Source of the DNA: Promethearchaeota archaeon
GTDB taxonomy: Archaea > Asgardarchaeota > Lokiarchaeia > Sigyniarchaeales > SOKP01
DNA: 26,156 nt
Direction of reading: 5' to 3'
Assembly (NCBI GenBank): GCA_048938005.1
Contig: JBHLMQ010000044.1
Coordinates: 1-26,156 of the forward strand
Positions 18,146 through 26,156 of this stretch are shown here, one piece after another. The notes beneath the pieces are model-generated. The model saw only the letters and a list, made by a program, of their open reading frames with translations, was not told the origin of the DNA and made no database searches. The position numbers were made by a program, and so were the translations under genes. Positions within the stretch are counted from its first letter, which is position 1. Each line of letters opens with the position of its first letter.

Positions 18146-18276
18146 AATTGTGCCTTAAAATTGAAATGTTCAATTAATTTTTGATAATTCTTAATATTAT
18201 TAAAAAGATAATATAATTATAAAATTGTTATCACTTTAATTATTGAGTTGTATACCAAATTCATAATTATTATAAA

Positions 18277-19560
18277 ATGAGAATAATATACTTGGATTTG
18301 ATTAATTCCGGAATTTCAGGAGACATGTTCCTTGCAGCTCTTTTAGGATTAGTTTCTAAACCCAGTGAAATTCTAAATGAAATCCAAAATATAAAAAATT
18401 TTTTGCCTGATGTTTCAAAATTAGATATTGAATTAATTCACATGGAGCATTACGGAATTCAATTAAATAAATTAAAAATCGAGATAAAAGAAACAAAAGA
18501 TCACAGAACTGTGAAAACACTACAGAAAACATTAAATGATTTTTTAGCAAGATCTAAGATTTCTGACTCTGCAAAGCAATATGCTAATAATGTTTTAGAC
18601 ACTTTGATTCAAGCAGAAGTAGAGGTTCATGGAAGCCTAATCGAGAATATTCATTTACATGAGCTTAGCTCTGTTGATACACTAGTAGATATTTTAGGAG
18701 TTGCGATTGCCCTTGATAGAATCAAAGGTTTTGATAAAGATATAAGAATATTTTATAGTAAAATCCCCTTGGGAGGTGGGAAAATAAACACAAAACATGG
18801 TTTATTAGCTATTCCTGCCCCTGCCACTTTAAAAATCTTGGAAAAATCAAAACTAGTTACTTTTGGTGGGCCTATAGAATCTGAACTTGTTACACCAACA
18901 GGGGCAGCTTTATTAGCAAATTTGAACCCAAATTTTCTTCAATTTTCTGCAGAAATGAAAATTATAAAGTCCATTTATAGTACTGGTCAGAAGAAATTTA
19001 AGAATTTCTCGAATATTTTAAGATTATTTTATGGTGAGTATGAGGAATCAAGTTATAAAGATTTTAGTCACCCACTACAAAAATATATAGAACAAGTATC
19101 TGTACTGGAAACAGATGTAGATGATGTATCTGGGGAACTTCTTGGAAATTTTATCACACAATTCGAAAAAGAGGAAATTTTAGACATTCAAATATTTCCA
19201 AGTATAACGAAAAAAAATCGCCCTGGGCATATAATAAAAGTTTTATGTTATCCAGAACATATTTTTAAACTAATTAAAAAAATAATAAATGAATTAGGTA
19301 CTTTAGGAGTAAGGTTTAACATAATTAACCGAGTATGTATTAATAGAAAAAATGAAAGGAAAAGTATTGAAATAAATGAGAAAATTTATGAATTAAATTA
19401 TAAAATTTCATATATTGAATCAGATAGTGGAAGTGAAATCGTTAACATTAAACCAGAATATGAAGACTTAAAAAAGATAAGTAAAGACACGGGATTAGCT
19501 GTAAAAAAGGTTCAATTAATAGCTCAGGCTAAAATACAGCAGATTTATAACAATCAGTAG
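18277..19560 (+). CDS. larC: Nickel-pincer cofactor biosynthesis nickel insertase LarC
   Basis: SGISGDMFLAAL, AEVEVHG...HLHE...D...DI, PAPATL, ELVTPTGAA, LETDVDD.SGE, KKNRPG, TLGVR, KPEYED. Confidence 0.95.
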   Translation: MRIIYLDLINSGISGDMFLAALLGLVSKPSEILNEIQNIKNFLPDVSKLDIELIHMEHYGIQLNKLKIEIKETKDHRTVKTLQKTLNDFLARSKISDSAKQYANNVLDTLIQAEVEVHGSLIENIHLHELSSVDTLVDILGVAIALDRIKGFDKDIRIFYSKIPLGGGKINTKHGLLAIPAPATLKILEKSKLVTFGGPIESELVTPTGAALLANLNPNFLQFSAEMKIIKSIYSTGQKKFKNFSNILRLFYGEYEESSYKDFSHPLQKYIEQVSVLETDVDDVSGELLGNFITQFEKEEILDIQIFPSITKKNRPGHIIKVLCYPEHIFKLIKKIINELGTLGVRFNIINRVCINRKNERKSIEINEKIYELNYKISYIESDSGSEIVNIKPEYEDLKKISKDTGLAVKKVQLIAQAKIQQIYNNQ

Positions 19561-19633
19561 TCTTTTAAATACAATATCATAAAATTAATAAATAGAAAAA
19601 AAAATAGTTTGAAAATCAGTTTCAATATTATAA

Positions 19634-20176
19634 TTAATATTTATCGACATTAAACTTATGTAGATAATACTCGTCTTCAACCATTTCTCTTGAAAATTCC
19701 TTTAATCTTGTGATTTCTTTTTTTATTTCCTTAACTTTTCTTAATTTACCCAATTCTTGAAAAATTTCTGAGGCTTCTTGGAATCGCTGAATACTGTTAT
19801 CAAAGTTTCCTGATACCTCAAGATCCTCCGCAAGAAATACTAACCCTTCAGCTGTTTCTAATTTTTTACCTAATTTCTTCTGTATTTTTAATGATTGGTA
19901 ATGATATTTCATGCTTTCCGGATATTGTTTGAAAAGAGAGTAAGTCCTTCCTAATGCTCTTAAAACCAGTGCTTCTTCTTCGGGTAAATTATTTTCCCTG
20001 CAGTGATTTAAAATTGATTCTAAAAATTGAATATATTCAGGTTTGTTTTTAATTTTTGACCGATCAATGCGTTCCATTGCTTTTTCATAGTTTTCTAAAG
20101 TATTAAGGATATCACCATCTTCAAAAAACTTTTTAGATTTTTCAAAAAGTTCAGTATGATCAATAGATGCGACCAT
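19634..20176 (-). CDS. Tetratricopeptide-repeat protein
   Basis: TPR-like units ALVLRALGRTY...SMKYHYQSLKI and AEGLVFLAEDL...SIQRFQEASEIF. Confidence 0.8.
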   Translation of the reverse strand: MVASIDHTELFEKSKKFFEDGDILNTLENYEKAMERIDRSKIKNKPEYIQFLESILNHCRENNLPEEEALVLRALGRTYSLFKQYPESMKYHYQSLKIQKKLGKKLETAEGLVFLAEDLEVSGNFDNSIQRFQEASEIFQELGKLRKVKEIKKEITRLKEFSREMVEDEYYLHKFNVDKY

Positions 20177-20439
20177 CGGGGTCTCAACTACTTATTCTTA
20201 GATTTTTTTTTTAGATTTTATTAATTGAAAAATAAGTTCAATATTAATTATATTAATTTACCTATAAATACTTATCCATCATAGATAAAAGGGTGAGAGA
20301 TATCAAAAAGGGATAAATTTTTGGATAATCTGGTCCTTCAATTGAAGTAAAAAAATTCATTAAACATTTAGATATTTAATTAAAAATGTGTCTAATTAAA
20401 TGAATTAATTTAAAATAAAAAAAATGGGAGTTAAATATA

Positions 20440-21114
20440 TTAAAAATTGATTATATGTGTAATACCTAATGGTAGAAAGATGCATAAAAGCCCAATTCCA
20501 ATAGCATAGATTATTCCAACTACTCTAGTTTTTGACTTTCTATCTGGTAAATCATATACATAAAAAGCTCCTACAAAAAAATAGAAGTATCCTATTAGGA
20601 AGATTAGAATTGGATTATACCAATTCCACCATGGATATGCCCATATTAAATAATTTCCTAAATTTAAAAATATTTCTACAATTACGCAAAATAGCGCAAA
20701 ACCAATTGCATAAGCCCATCGATTAGGAAGGCCGAGTAATTTTTTATTTTTATCATCTGGCAAAAATTTTGCAAAAATAATGCCTGCAATAGAGAACATA
20801 AAAGCAATTTCAATATTCCAACCAATTAAAATGATATAAGCGCTTGCTCCAGGGGTAGTCCAAAAAGCGGAGTAGTTGGTAAAGGCAAAAACAAGTCCAT
20901 TCCATATTTCATTAATCAAATCCAAGCCTAATATAGTTAATCCGGCAAATACTGTACTCCAATTTCCTGTTTCTCTGGCTTTTTTAATCTCTACACCATA
21001 AATATATAATACCAAAGCAAGTAGTGGAATAATATACCATCCTAATTCTGGATTTAATGTTCGAAGTTTTCCTAGCGCGTCTAATGAAGCTTGGGTTGGG
21101 TCCATAAATCTCAC
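20440..21114 (-). CDS. Hypothetical multi-pass membrane protein (about 6-7 TM)
   Basis: Hydrophobic helices with intramembrane acidic residues (DLINEIWN, GWNIEI, VEIFLN). The start may be the ATG at 21105. Confidence 0.8.
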   Translation of the reverse strand: MRFMDPTQASLDALGKLRTLNPELGWYIIPLLALVLYIYGVEIKKARETGNWSTVFAGLTILGLDLINEIWNGLVFAFTNYSAFWTTPGASAYIILIGWNIEIAFMFSIAGIIFAKFLPDDKNKKLLGLPNRWAYAIGFALFCVIVEIFLNLGNYLIWAYPWWNWYNPILIFLIGYFYFFVGAFYVYDLPDRKSKTRVVGIIYAIGIGLLCIFLPLGITHIINF

Positions 21115-21255
21115 TTTTTATTTAATATTAGAATTTTTTTATGATTAGTTAAAAGAAATTTAAACCAATTTATTTATATAGTTTTCTTACTTGCGTTTAA
21201 ACTAAAAGAAGAAAAGATTTTAAGAACTATTTTTAGATGAACCGCTGAATCAAAC

Positions 21256-22035
21256 CTATTCAGCAATTTTATTTGCAATGATAGCAGCAGAAGCTCCTGC
21301 GCCGAATCCATTATCAATATTAACAACTAATAATCCTGGAGAACAAGATTGAAGCATAGTGATTAGGGCTCCCTTTCCCTTTTCGCCCATACCATATCCA
21401 CTTGATATCGGAACTCCTATAACAGGAACATCTACAAGAGCCGCAACCACACCGGGTAACGTTCCTTCCATCCCTGCACAGACAATTATCACATGGACTC
21501 CGCTTTTTATCATATTGCTTAAAGGATTAAAAATTCGATGTATACCAGCAATTCCTACATCATAACTCGAAATGACTTCACAACCCATAGCTTTTGCTAT
21601 TACTTCTGCCTCAGCTGCCACAGGTATATCGGAACTCCCAGCAGTAATAATTCCAACAACTCCTCCTTTTTTAGTAAAATTAAAGGAGATATCTTTAATT
21701 ACAATGATTTTCCCTAATTCATTTATATCAATTAAATAATCTCTATTATTACCAAAATTTTCAAGTACTAAGTCCTTTTGTTTATCATTATAACGTGAAA
21801 TTATCGCAAAATTTTTGTTTTTCAGAAATCCAGAAGCAATATCTAATAATACTTGAGAATTTTTATTTTGTGCAAAAATTACTTCGGGGGCGCCTGTCCT
21901 TGTTTTACGGAAAATGTCTAATTTTGCCACTTCTCCAACTTCTTCAACTATATTCGCTTTCAATAACTTTTCGGCATCCTCCAACGATATTTTCTTTTCA
22001 AGTAATTTCAGGAGAATTTCTTTTATTTTACTCAT
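21256..22035 (-). CDS. larB: Nickel-pincer cofactor biosynthesis carboxylase/hydrolase LarB
   Basis: RTGAPEVIFA..K, AGSSDIPVAAEA, DVGIAGIHR, AGMEGTLP, GVPISSGYG, SCSPG..VVNIDNGFGA. Confidence 0.96.
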   Translation of the reverse strand: MSKIKEILLKLLEKKISLEDAEKLLKANIVEEVGEVAKLDIFRKTRTGAPEVIFAQNKNSQVLLDIASGFLKNKNFAIISRYNDKQKDLVLENFGNNRDYLIDINELGKIIVIKDISFNFTKKGGVVGIITAGSSDIPVAAEAEVIAKAMGCEVISSYDVGIAGIHRIFNPLSNMIKSGVHVIIVCAGMEGTLPGVVAALVDVPVIGVPISSGYGMGEKGKGALITMLQSCSPGLLVVNIDNGFGAGASAAIIANKIAE

Positions 22036-22179
22036 TTAGTGTTTCCTTTACTTATTGTGGTTGTATTAAAATCAATAAAATTCCATAAATTTTGTATTTT
22101 ACTAATATTTAAAAAAAGATAATAATTAGTCAAAATAATTATAAATTACTATAATATCAATTATTAATCCTAATTTGAA

Positions 22180-23418
22180 GTGATGCAATATATGAAGATT
22201 GATTATACCTCTTTTAAGGATGTGAAATTGAAAGGAAAAAAAATTTTGATGCGAGTTGATATTAACTCCAATATTGATACCGAAAAAATGGAGATCAGAG
22301 ATTCTCCTCGAATTCGAGTCCTTGCTCCCGCATTGAATGAATATTTTAAAAAAAGTGCTGTAATTATCCTCGCACATCAATCTCGTCCCGGAAGTGAAGA
22401 TTTTACAGATTTAGATATACATGCGAGAGAATTAGAAAAATATCTCGGTCGACCGGTAAAATTTGTTAAAGATATTTTTGGAGAACAAGCAATTCATGCA
22501 ATTAAAGATCTCAAACCTGGAGAAGTGTTGGTCCTTAATAATGTTCGAAAATTTGAAGGAGAAATGAAAAATTATAAAGATTTCTCTGAGGCAGAAAATA
22601 CTGAAATGATAAAAACTCTTTTTCCATTAGTAGATTATGTTATTGTTGATGCATTCGGAGCTGCTCATCGTGCTCACGCTTCTATTGTAGGATGGCCAAA
22701 AATGATGGCAGGACCTATAACAGATAAAGAGTTAGATGTTTTAAAGAAAATAATGCAAGAACCAGAAAGACCAATGGCTATGTTAATTGGAGGTGCTAAA
22801 GCGATAGATAAATTTAAGGCAATGAAATATAATTTTGATAATGAAAAATTAGATTATGCTCTCTGTTCAGGATTAACCGCAATCTTAATCTTTGAAGCCC
22901 TAGGAAAAAACATGGGTGAACCAAACCATAAAATAATAGCTGAAGATTTGGAAGCCAATAAAGATATGATTGTAGATACATACGAGAAATACAAAGATAA
23001 GATTATGCTTCCAGAAGATTTAATTATTGATGATAACGGCAATAGAAAAACAATAGGAATTGATGAAGCTGGTACTTATAATACAACCACTGGCGATATT
23101 GGTCAAAAAACTGTCGATAAATTTAATGATATTCTTATGAAATGTAAAACAATTGTTGCTAATGGTCCACCAGGAATATTTGAAAAGGAGGTTTTTAGAA
23201 AAGCCACAAATGAAATTGTGGATACAATGGCAGCTGCAACAAAGAAAAATAAGGCACTTACGATAATAGGTGGAGGAGAAATGGGGGCAGCTGCTTCAAT
23301 GGCCGGAAAAGCGGATGATGTTTCCTTTATTTCAACCGCGGGTGGAGCAATGTTAGAAATTCTCTCTGGAAATGATTTACCAATGATTAGAGCTTTACGC
23401 GAAAAAAAGTATAAATAG
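22180..23418 (+). CDS. pgk: Phosphoglycerate kinase
   Basis: RVDIN, LAHQSRP, NVR, DAFGAAHRAHAS, GGAK, NGPPGIFE, IGGG, ISTAGGA.LE.L.G..LP. The start may be the ATG at 22183 or 22192. Confidence 0.97.
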   Translation: MMQYMKIDYTSFKDVKLKGKKILMRVDINSNIDTEKMEIRDSPRIRVLAPALNEYFKKSAVIILAHQSRPGSEDFTDLDIHARELEKYLGRPVKFVKDIFGEQAIHAIKDLKPGEVLVLNNVRKFEGEMKNYKDFSEAENTEMIKTLFPLVDYVIVDAFGAAHRAHASIVGWPKMMAGPITDKELDVLKKIMQEPERPMAMLIGGAKAIDKFKAMKYNFDNEKLDYALCSGLTAILIFEALGKNMGEPNHKIIAEDLEANKDMIVDTYEKYKDKIMLPEDLIIDDNGNRKTIGIDEAGTYNTTTGDIGQKTVDKFNDILMKCKTIVANGPPGIFEKEVFRKATNEIVDTMAAATKKNKALTIIGGGEMGAAASMAGKADDVSFISTAGGAMLEILSGNDLPMIRALREKKYK

Positions 23419-23425
23419 TTAATCT

Positions 23426-23443
23426 TTTTATTTTTTTATTTTT
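23426..23443 (+). terminator. T-rich terminator candidate after pgk
   Basis: Interrupted T tracts immediately after the stop codon. Confidence 0.45.
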
Positions 23444-23543
23444 ATTCGAAATTAGGAATTATGGCAGAATTTAACAATTTTAATAAAATATTTATTTTTT
23501 AATATTATAAATTACATATCATTTGGGATTTATAATGATTAAA

Positions 23544-23636
23544 GGGCCCGTGGTCTAGCTCGGTAAGTAACTAACCCGGAATGACGTCCGCTTGACGTGC
23601 GGAAGGTCGTGCGTTCAAATCGCGCCGGGCCCACCA
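23544..23636 (+). tRNA. tRNA-Val(GAC), 93-nt gene with a predicted 16-nt intron in the D-loop; CCA encoded
   Basis: Acceptor GGGCCCG/CGGGCCC plus ACCA. Anticodon arm TCCGC-TTGACGT-GCGGA (GAC at 23594-23596). T arm GTGCG-TTCAAAT-CGCGC. Removing 23566-23581 gives a canonical 77-nt tRNA. Confidence 0.95.
23566..23581 (+). other. Predicted non-canonical tRNA intron at position 21/22 (BHB type)
   Basis: 4-bp helix UCGG (23560-63)/CCGG (23576-79); 3-nt bulges UAA (23564-66) and AAU (23580-82). Cleavage after the second nt of each bulge excises AGUAACUAACCCGGAA. Confidence 0.75.
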
Positions 23637-23659
23637 TTAAATAATTAAATAATAGAAAG

Positions 23660-24139
23660 ATGCCAATTAGAATTCGCTGGTTATCAAAGGAGTATTTTGG
23701 TATTGGATTATTACTGTTATCAATATGTGGAATATTCCAATTGTTTTTTATATTTATAGGTCAATATTTCTTGGCGATGGGAAATCATATCATTGTGATT
23801 TTAATTCCAATTGGAATTTGGGTGGCAATTTTCTATGCTACACTTATTATTTTTGAAAGTTATGCCCAAGTTGAGAGGAGAGAAAAATTAAGGAGTCGGT
23901 TTGGCAGAACTACAATTAAGAGTTCAAGATTAAAAAAATTTTTAGATTTTCCAATAACAAAACCATTATTGATTATTTTTATCTTATTTAACGGCTTTTT
24001 CTTTAGTATATTTTTTATCTGTGTTTTGTTCTTAAACAATTCTTTATCTTTTTTATTAGCAGAAAATCTAAGTGCTCTTTTTTGTTTACTTATTGCAAAT
24101 CTAATAGAGAAAAATTACGGTCGAGTTAAGAGATATTAA
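23660..24139 (+). CDS. Hypothetical membrane protein (4 TM with basic central loop)
   Basis: 159 aa; two TM pairs separated by an R/K-rich loop; starts 23 nt after the tRNA CCA. Confidence 0.75.
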   Translation: MPIRIRWLSKEYFGIGLLLLSICGIFQLFFIFIGQYFLAMGNHIIVILIPIGIWVAIFYATLIIFESYAQVERREKLRSRFGRTTIKSSRLKKFLDFPITKPLLIIFILFNGFFFSIFFICVLFLNNSLSFLLAENLSALFCLLIANLIEKNYGRVKRY

Positions 24140-24183
24140 AAATTTGCTCTATCTCATAAAATCTACTCTTATAGAGCAAATTT
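24140..24183. repeat. 13-bp perfect inverted repeat directly after a stop codon
   Basis: AAATTTGCTCTAT (24140-24152), 18-nt spacer, ATAGAGCAAATTT (24171-24183); extends 5 more bp with one bulge. Confidence 0.75.
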
Positions 24184-24287
24184 ATTAATTAAGAACACCA
24201 CATTTATTATATAAAAACAAGATTGTAAATTTACTACTTATATTGTATATGAAAAGTTTTCTCAAAAACATTTCTTTTTGATAGAAT

Positions 24288-25136
24288 ATGGCAAGACTTG
24301 AAATAAGATGCCCAATTTGCTTACAATGGCAACATATAGAGATTTCAGATGATATGACTAAAAACGTTTCAAAAGGACTTTTAGCAATTAATATAGCAGC
24401 AGGAATGATATGCGAACATTCATTTATCGCATATGTAGACAAAAATTTAACTGTTAGGGACTGTATTGTAGCAGATTTTAAAATTGAACTTCCGGAGGGG
24501 GCCCCAACTCAGGAAACTGAAAAACTTATCACTCCTGAAACTGATACAATTAAATTTGATTTAATCAAGTTGAATATCCCCGAATTGTTAATGGCATATG
24601 TTCTCAAGTCAATATTTGTAGGAGAAAAAGTATTAATAATTTCTGAAGAGGAGTTCCTACATAACCACGTAATAAATTTCTTTAAGTATATTGCGCAAAA
24701 TTCATTTGAATTTGAGATGTCAATTATCACTGAAGAAGAATATAAAAAGAATAAAGATAACTACAAAGAATATATTATCTTTAAAAACAGGAAAATTATA
24801 AGAGACACTTATAAAATAATCAACCCCAAACAATTAGAAAACGAAAAATCTATGGTTCAAAAGTTTTTAGCTGAATATGATTTAATGGCAGGTTTAATCA
24901 TATTAAGAAATGAAGTAAATAAAACCTATGAATTTTCGAAAACTATTGCTGAATCTCTCGAAAAACAAAAAGGAAAACCTATGACTTCTAAAATTCTTAT
25001 TGATTATGTCTTTGAAAAATATGGTGAAAGGATCCAAATTCCTTATCTAACATTTCTAATCAACATTGTTCAGAACTATTTTAAAGTCGAAGTCCCTAAA
25101 ATAGGGGGAGTTACTGATCTTCTTGGTTTCCTATAA
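24288..25136 (+). CDS. Hypothetical protein with N-terminal CxxC...CxH zinc-binding module (Lokiarchaeia-type family)
   Basis: RCPIC...GMICEHSFIAYVDKNLTVRD N-domain, followed by an alpha/beta and a helical region. Confidence 0.75.
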   Translation: MARLEIRCPICLQWQHIEISDDMTKNVSKGLLAINIAAGMICEHSFIAYVDKNLTVRDCIVADFKIELPEGAPTQETEKLITPETDTIKFDLIKLNIPELLMAYVLKSIFVGEKVLIISEEEFLHNHVINFFKYIAQNSFEFEMSIITEEEYKKNKDNYKEYIIFKNRKIIRDTYKIINPKQLENEKSMVQKFLAEYDLMAGLIILRNEVNKTYEFSKTIAESLEKQKGKPMTSKILIDYVFEKYGERIQIPYLTFLINIVQNYFKVEVPKIGGVTDLLGFL

Positions 25137-25189
25137 ATTTTAATCAAAAATAATAATACAAAAAATAGTTAAAAAATAAGAAAAATTGA

Positions 25190-25636
25190 TTATTTTGCTA
25201 ATTTTATCCCGAATTCTTTACATTTTGGAAGATCTTCGTTTACAATGGGTCCCTTCATCCCTCCAACTTTTATAGATAAACCAGGGCTTAATTTATTTAA
25301 GTTTGGCATAACCTTATTAATTTGCTTTTCCATTTTTTTTACAGCTTTTTCAAAATCCTTTCCCATATACGTATCAAATACAGCAAAAGATTTTCCTTTT
25401 ACTGAAACCTTAGAGAGATTCTTAATGAATTTCTTGACATTGGTAGTATGAGCCCCCATATGATTTGGAGAACCAAAGAGTATTAAATCATAGGTCTCAT
25501 CTTTATTTAAATCAACTTCTTTCACATTCTCGACTGTAATAACGTTTTCCTCAACAGTTTTAAGGCCATCACCAATCAATTCTGCCACTTTTTTAGTATT
25601 TCCATATTTTGTGTCATAAATTATAAGTGCTTTCAT
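25190..25636 (-). CDS. Flavodoxin-family protein
   Basis: IIYDTKYGNTKKVAE FMN phosphate loop; LFGSP; AVFDT. Confidence 0.9.
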   Translation of the reverse strand: MKALIIYDTKYGNTKKVAELIGDGLKTVEENVITVENVKEVDLNKDETYDLILFGSPNHMGAHTTNVKKFIKNLSKVSVKGKSFAVFDTYMGKDFEKAVKKMEKQINKVMPNLNKLSPGLSIKVGGMKGPIVNEDLPKCKEFGIKLAK

Positions 25637-25715
25637 TTTAGATCATTATAATATATTAAAATTAATTTTGTATTAAATATTCATGATACTAAATAAGTTT
25701 TAATTATAGTTAGTT

Positions 25716-26156
25716 TTAAGAACTTCTCTTAGTAGTTAAATCTTTTAGTTTTTCGTAAGCTTGTTTACCATTTGAAAAGGGGCAAACTTTAATACAAATA
25801 CTGCACCCTTGAGTTTTTAGAAAATAGGGAAAGCATTTTTCTCTCTCAATACATGTACGCATTGCACCAATAACGGGAATATTATCAATTGTAATTTGCT
25901 TTTCTTCATGAATAGCATTAGTAGGACAATTTTTTTGGCATAAGTCACATGTTTTACAAAGTTCTTCAATCCAGATGTGATCTGAGTTGTCTGTAAAATT
26001 AAAGATTTTTTCTTCAATAAATATGGGTGCTAATCGTTGACGAGGACCAAACTCAGGAGTAATTAGCATTCCACTTCTTCCTTGTCCTCCCATTCCTGCT
26101 TTACCTGCGAGTGGTGGGGTGCAAACAAGCCCACCAAGAGGGTGATTACTTTGACA
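25716..26156 (-). CDS. 5'-truncated reductive-dehalogenase/epoxyqueuosine-reductase-like 2x[4Fe-4S] protein
   Basis: Frame is open to the window edge (CQSNHPLGGLVCTPPLAGKAGMG...). Motifs AG.G..GRSGMLITPEFGPRQRL, CKTCDLCQKNCP, and C...CSICIKVCPF. Confidence 0.85.
   Translation of the reverse strand, partial: CQSNHPLGGLVCTPPLAGKAGMGGQGRSGMLITPEFGPRQRLAPIFIEEKIFNFTDNSDHIWIEELCKTCDLCQKNCPTNAIHEEKQITIDNIPVIGAMRTCIEREKCFPYFLKTQGCSICIKVCPFSNGKQAYEKLKDLTTKRSS

Noticed and set aside
18277-19560. Programmed frameshift splitting larC, as in Lactiplantibacillus
   Set aside because: Both LarC halves are in one uninterrupted frame here.
20354-20406. Loose inverted repeat AATTCATT...AATGAATT in the intergenic region upstream of the TPR gene
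   Set aside because: Short AT-only arms with an irregular interior; expected by chance.
24185-24442. 85-aa minus-strand ORF with Cys/His residues
   Set aside because: It is antisense to the better-supported 24288..25136 gene and runs into AT-rich intergenic DNA.
23600-26156. Integrated element at the tRNA 3' end
   Set aside because: No integrase, no duplicated tRNA 3' end (att site) within the window, and no mobile-element genes.
1-26156. CRISPR array, rRNA or insertion sequence
   Set aside because: No regularly spaced repeats, no long GC-rich structural RNA other than the tRNA, and no transposase-like ORF were seen.

Overview
AT-rich archaeal chromosomal segment, most likely from an Asgard archaeon of the Lokiarchaeia/Promethearchaeia. 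This placement is inferred from archaeal uS15 and eS1, an archaeal tRNA, two longin/roadblock-like proteins and a CPxC...CxHxF zinc-protein family. The window holds about 24 CDSs (two truncated at the edges) and one tRNA gene. No transposase, integrase or CRISPR array was seen. Housekeeping and metabolic genes: rdgB, rps15, rps3ae, pgk, an AidB-like acyl-CoA dehydrogenase, an M28 peptidase, a sirtuin, a radical SAM protein, rubrerythrin and flavodoxin. Highlights: (1) tRNA-Val(GAC) with a 16-nt D-loop intron at position 21/22 in a bulge-helix-bulge motif; (2) a 65-aa non-nucleosomal-type (Bd0055/face-to-face-like) histone flanked by a palindrome cluster upstream and a triplicated motif downstream; (3) a nickel locus with His-insert NikR, a degenerate phosphodiesterase-like gene, larC and larB, but no larE/larA; (4) a single-pass Ig-TM-zinc-ribbon receptor-like protein next to an orphan MacB/FtsX permease; (5) a reductive-dehalogenase/QueG-like Fe-S gene followed by a flavodoxin; (6) a 24-codon remnant resembling a GH2 N-terminus. 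All family calls come from motif recognition by eye; no database searches were run.
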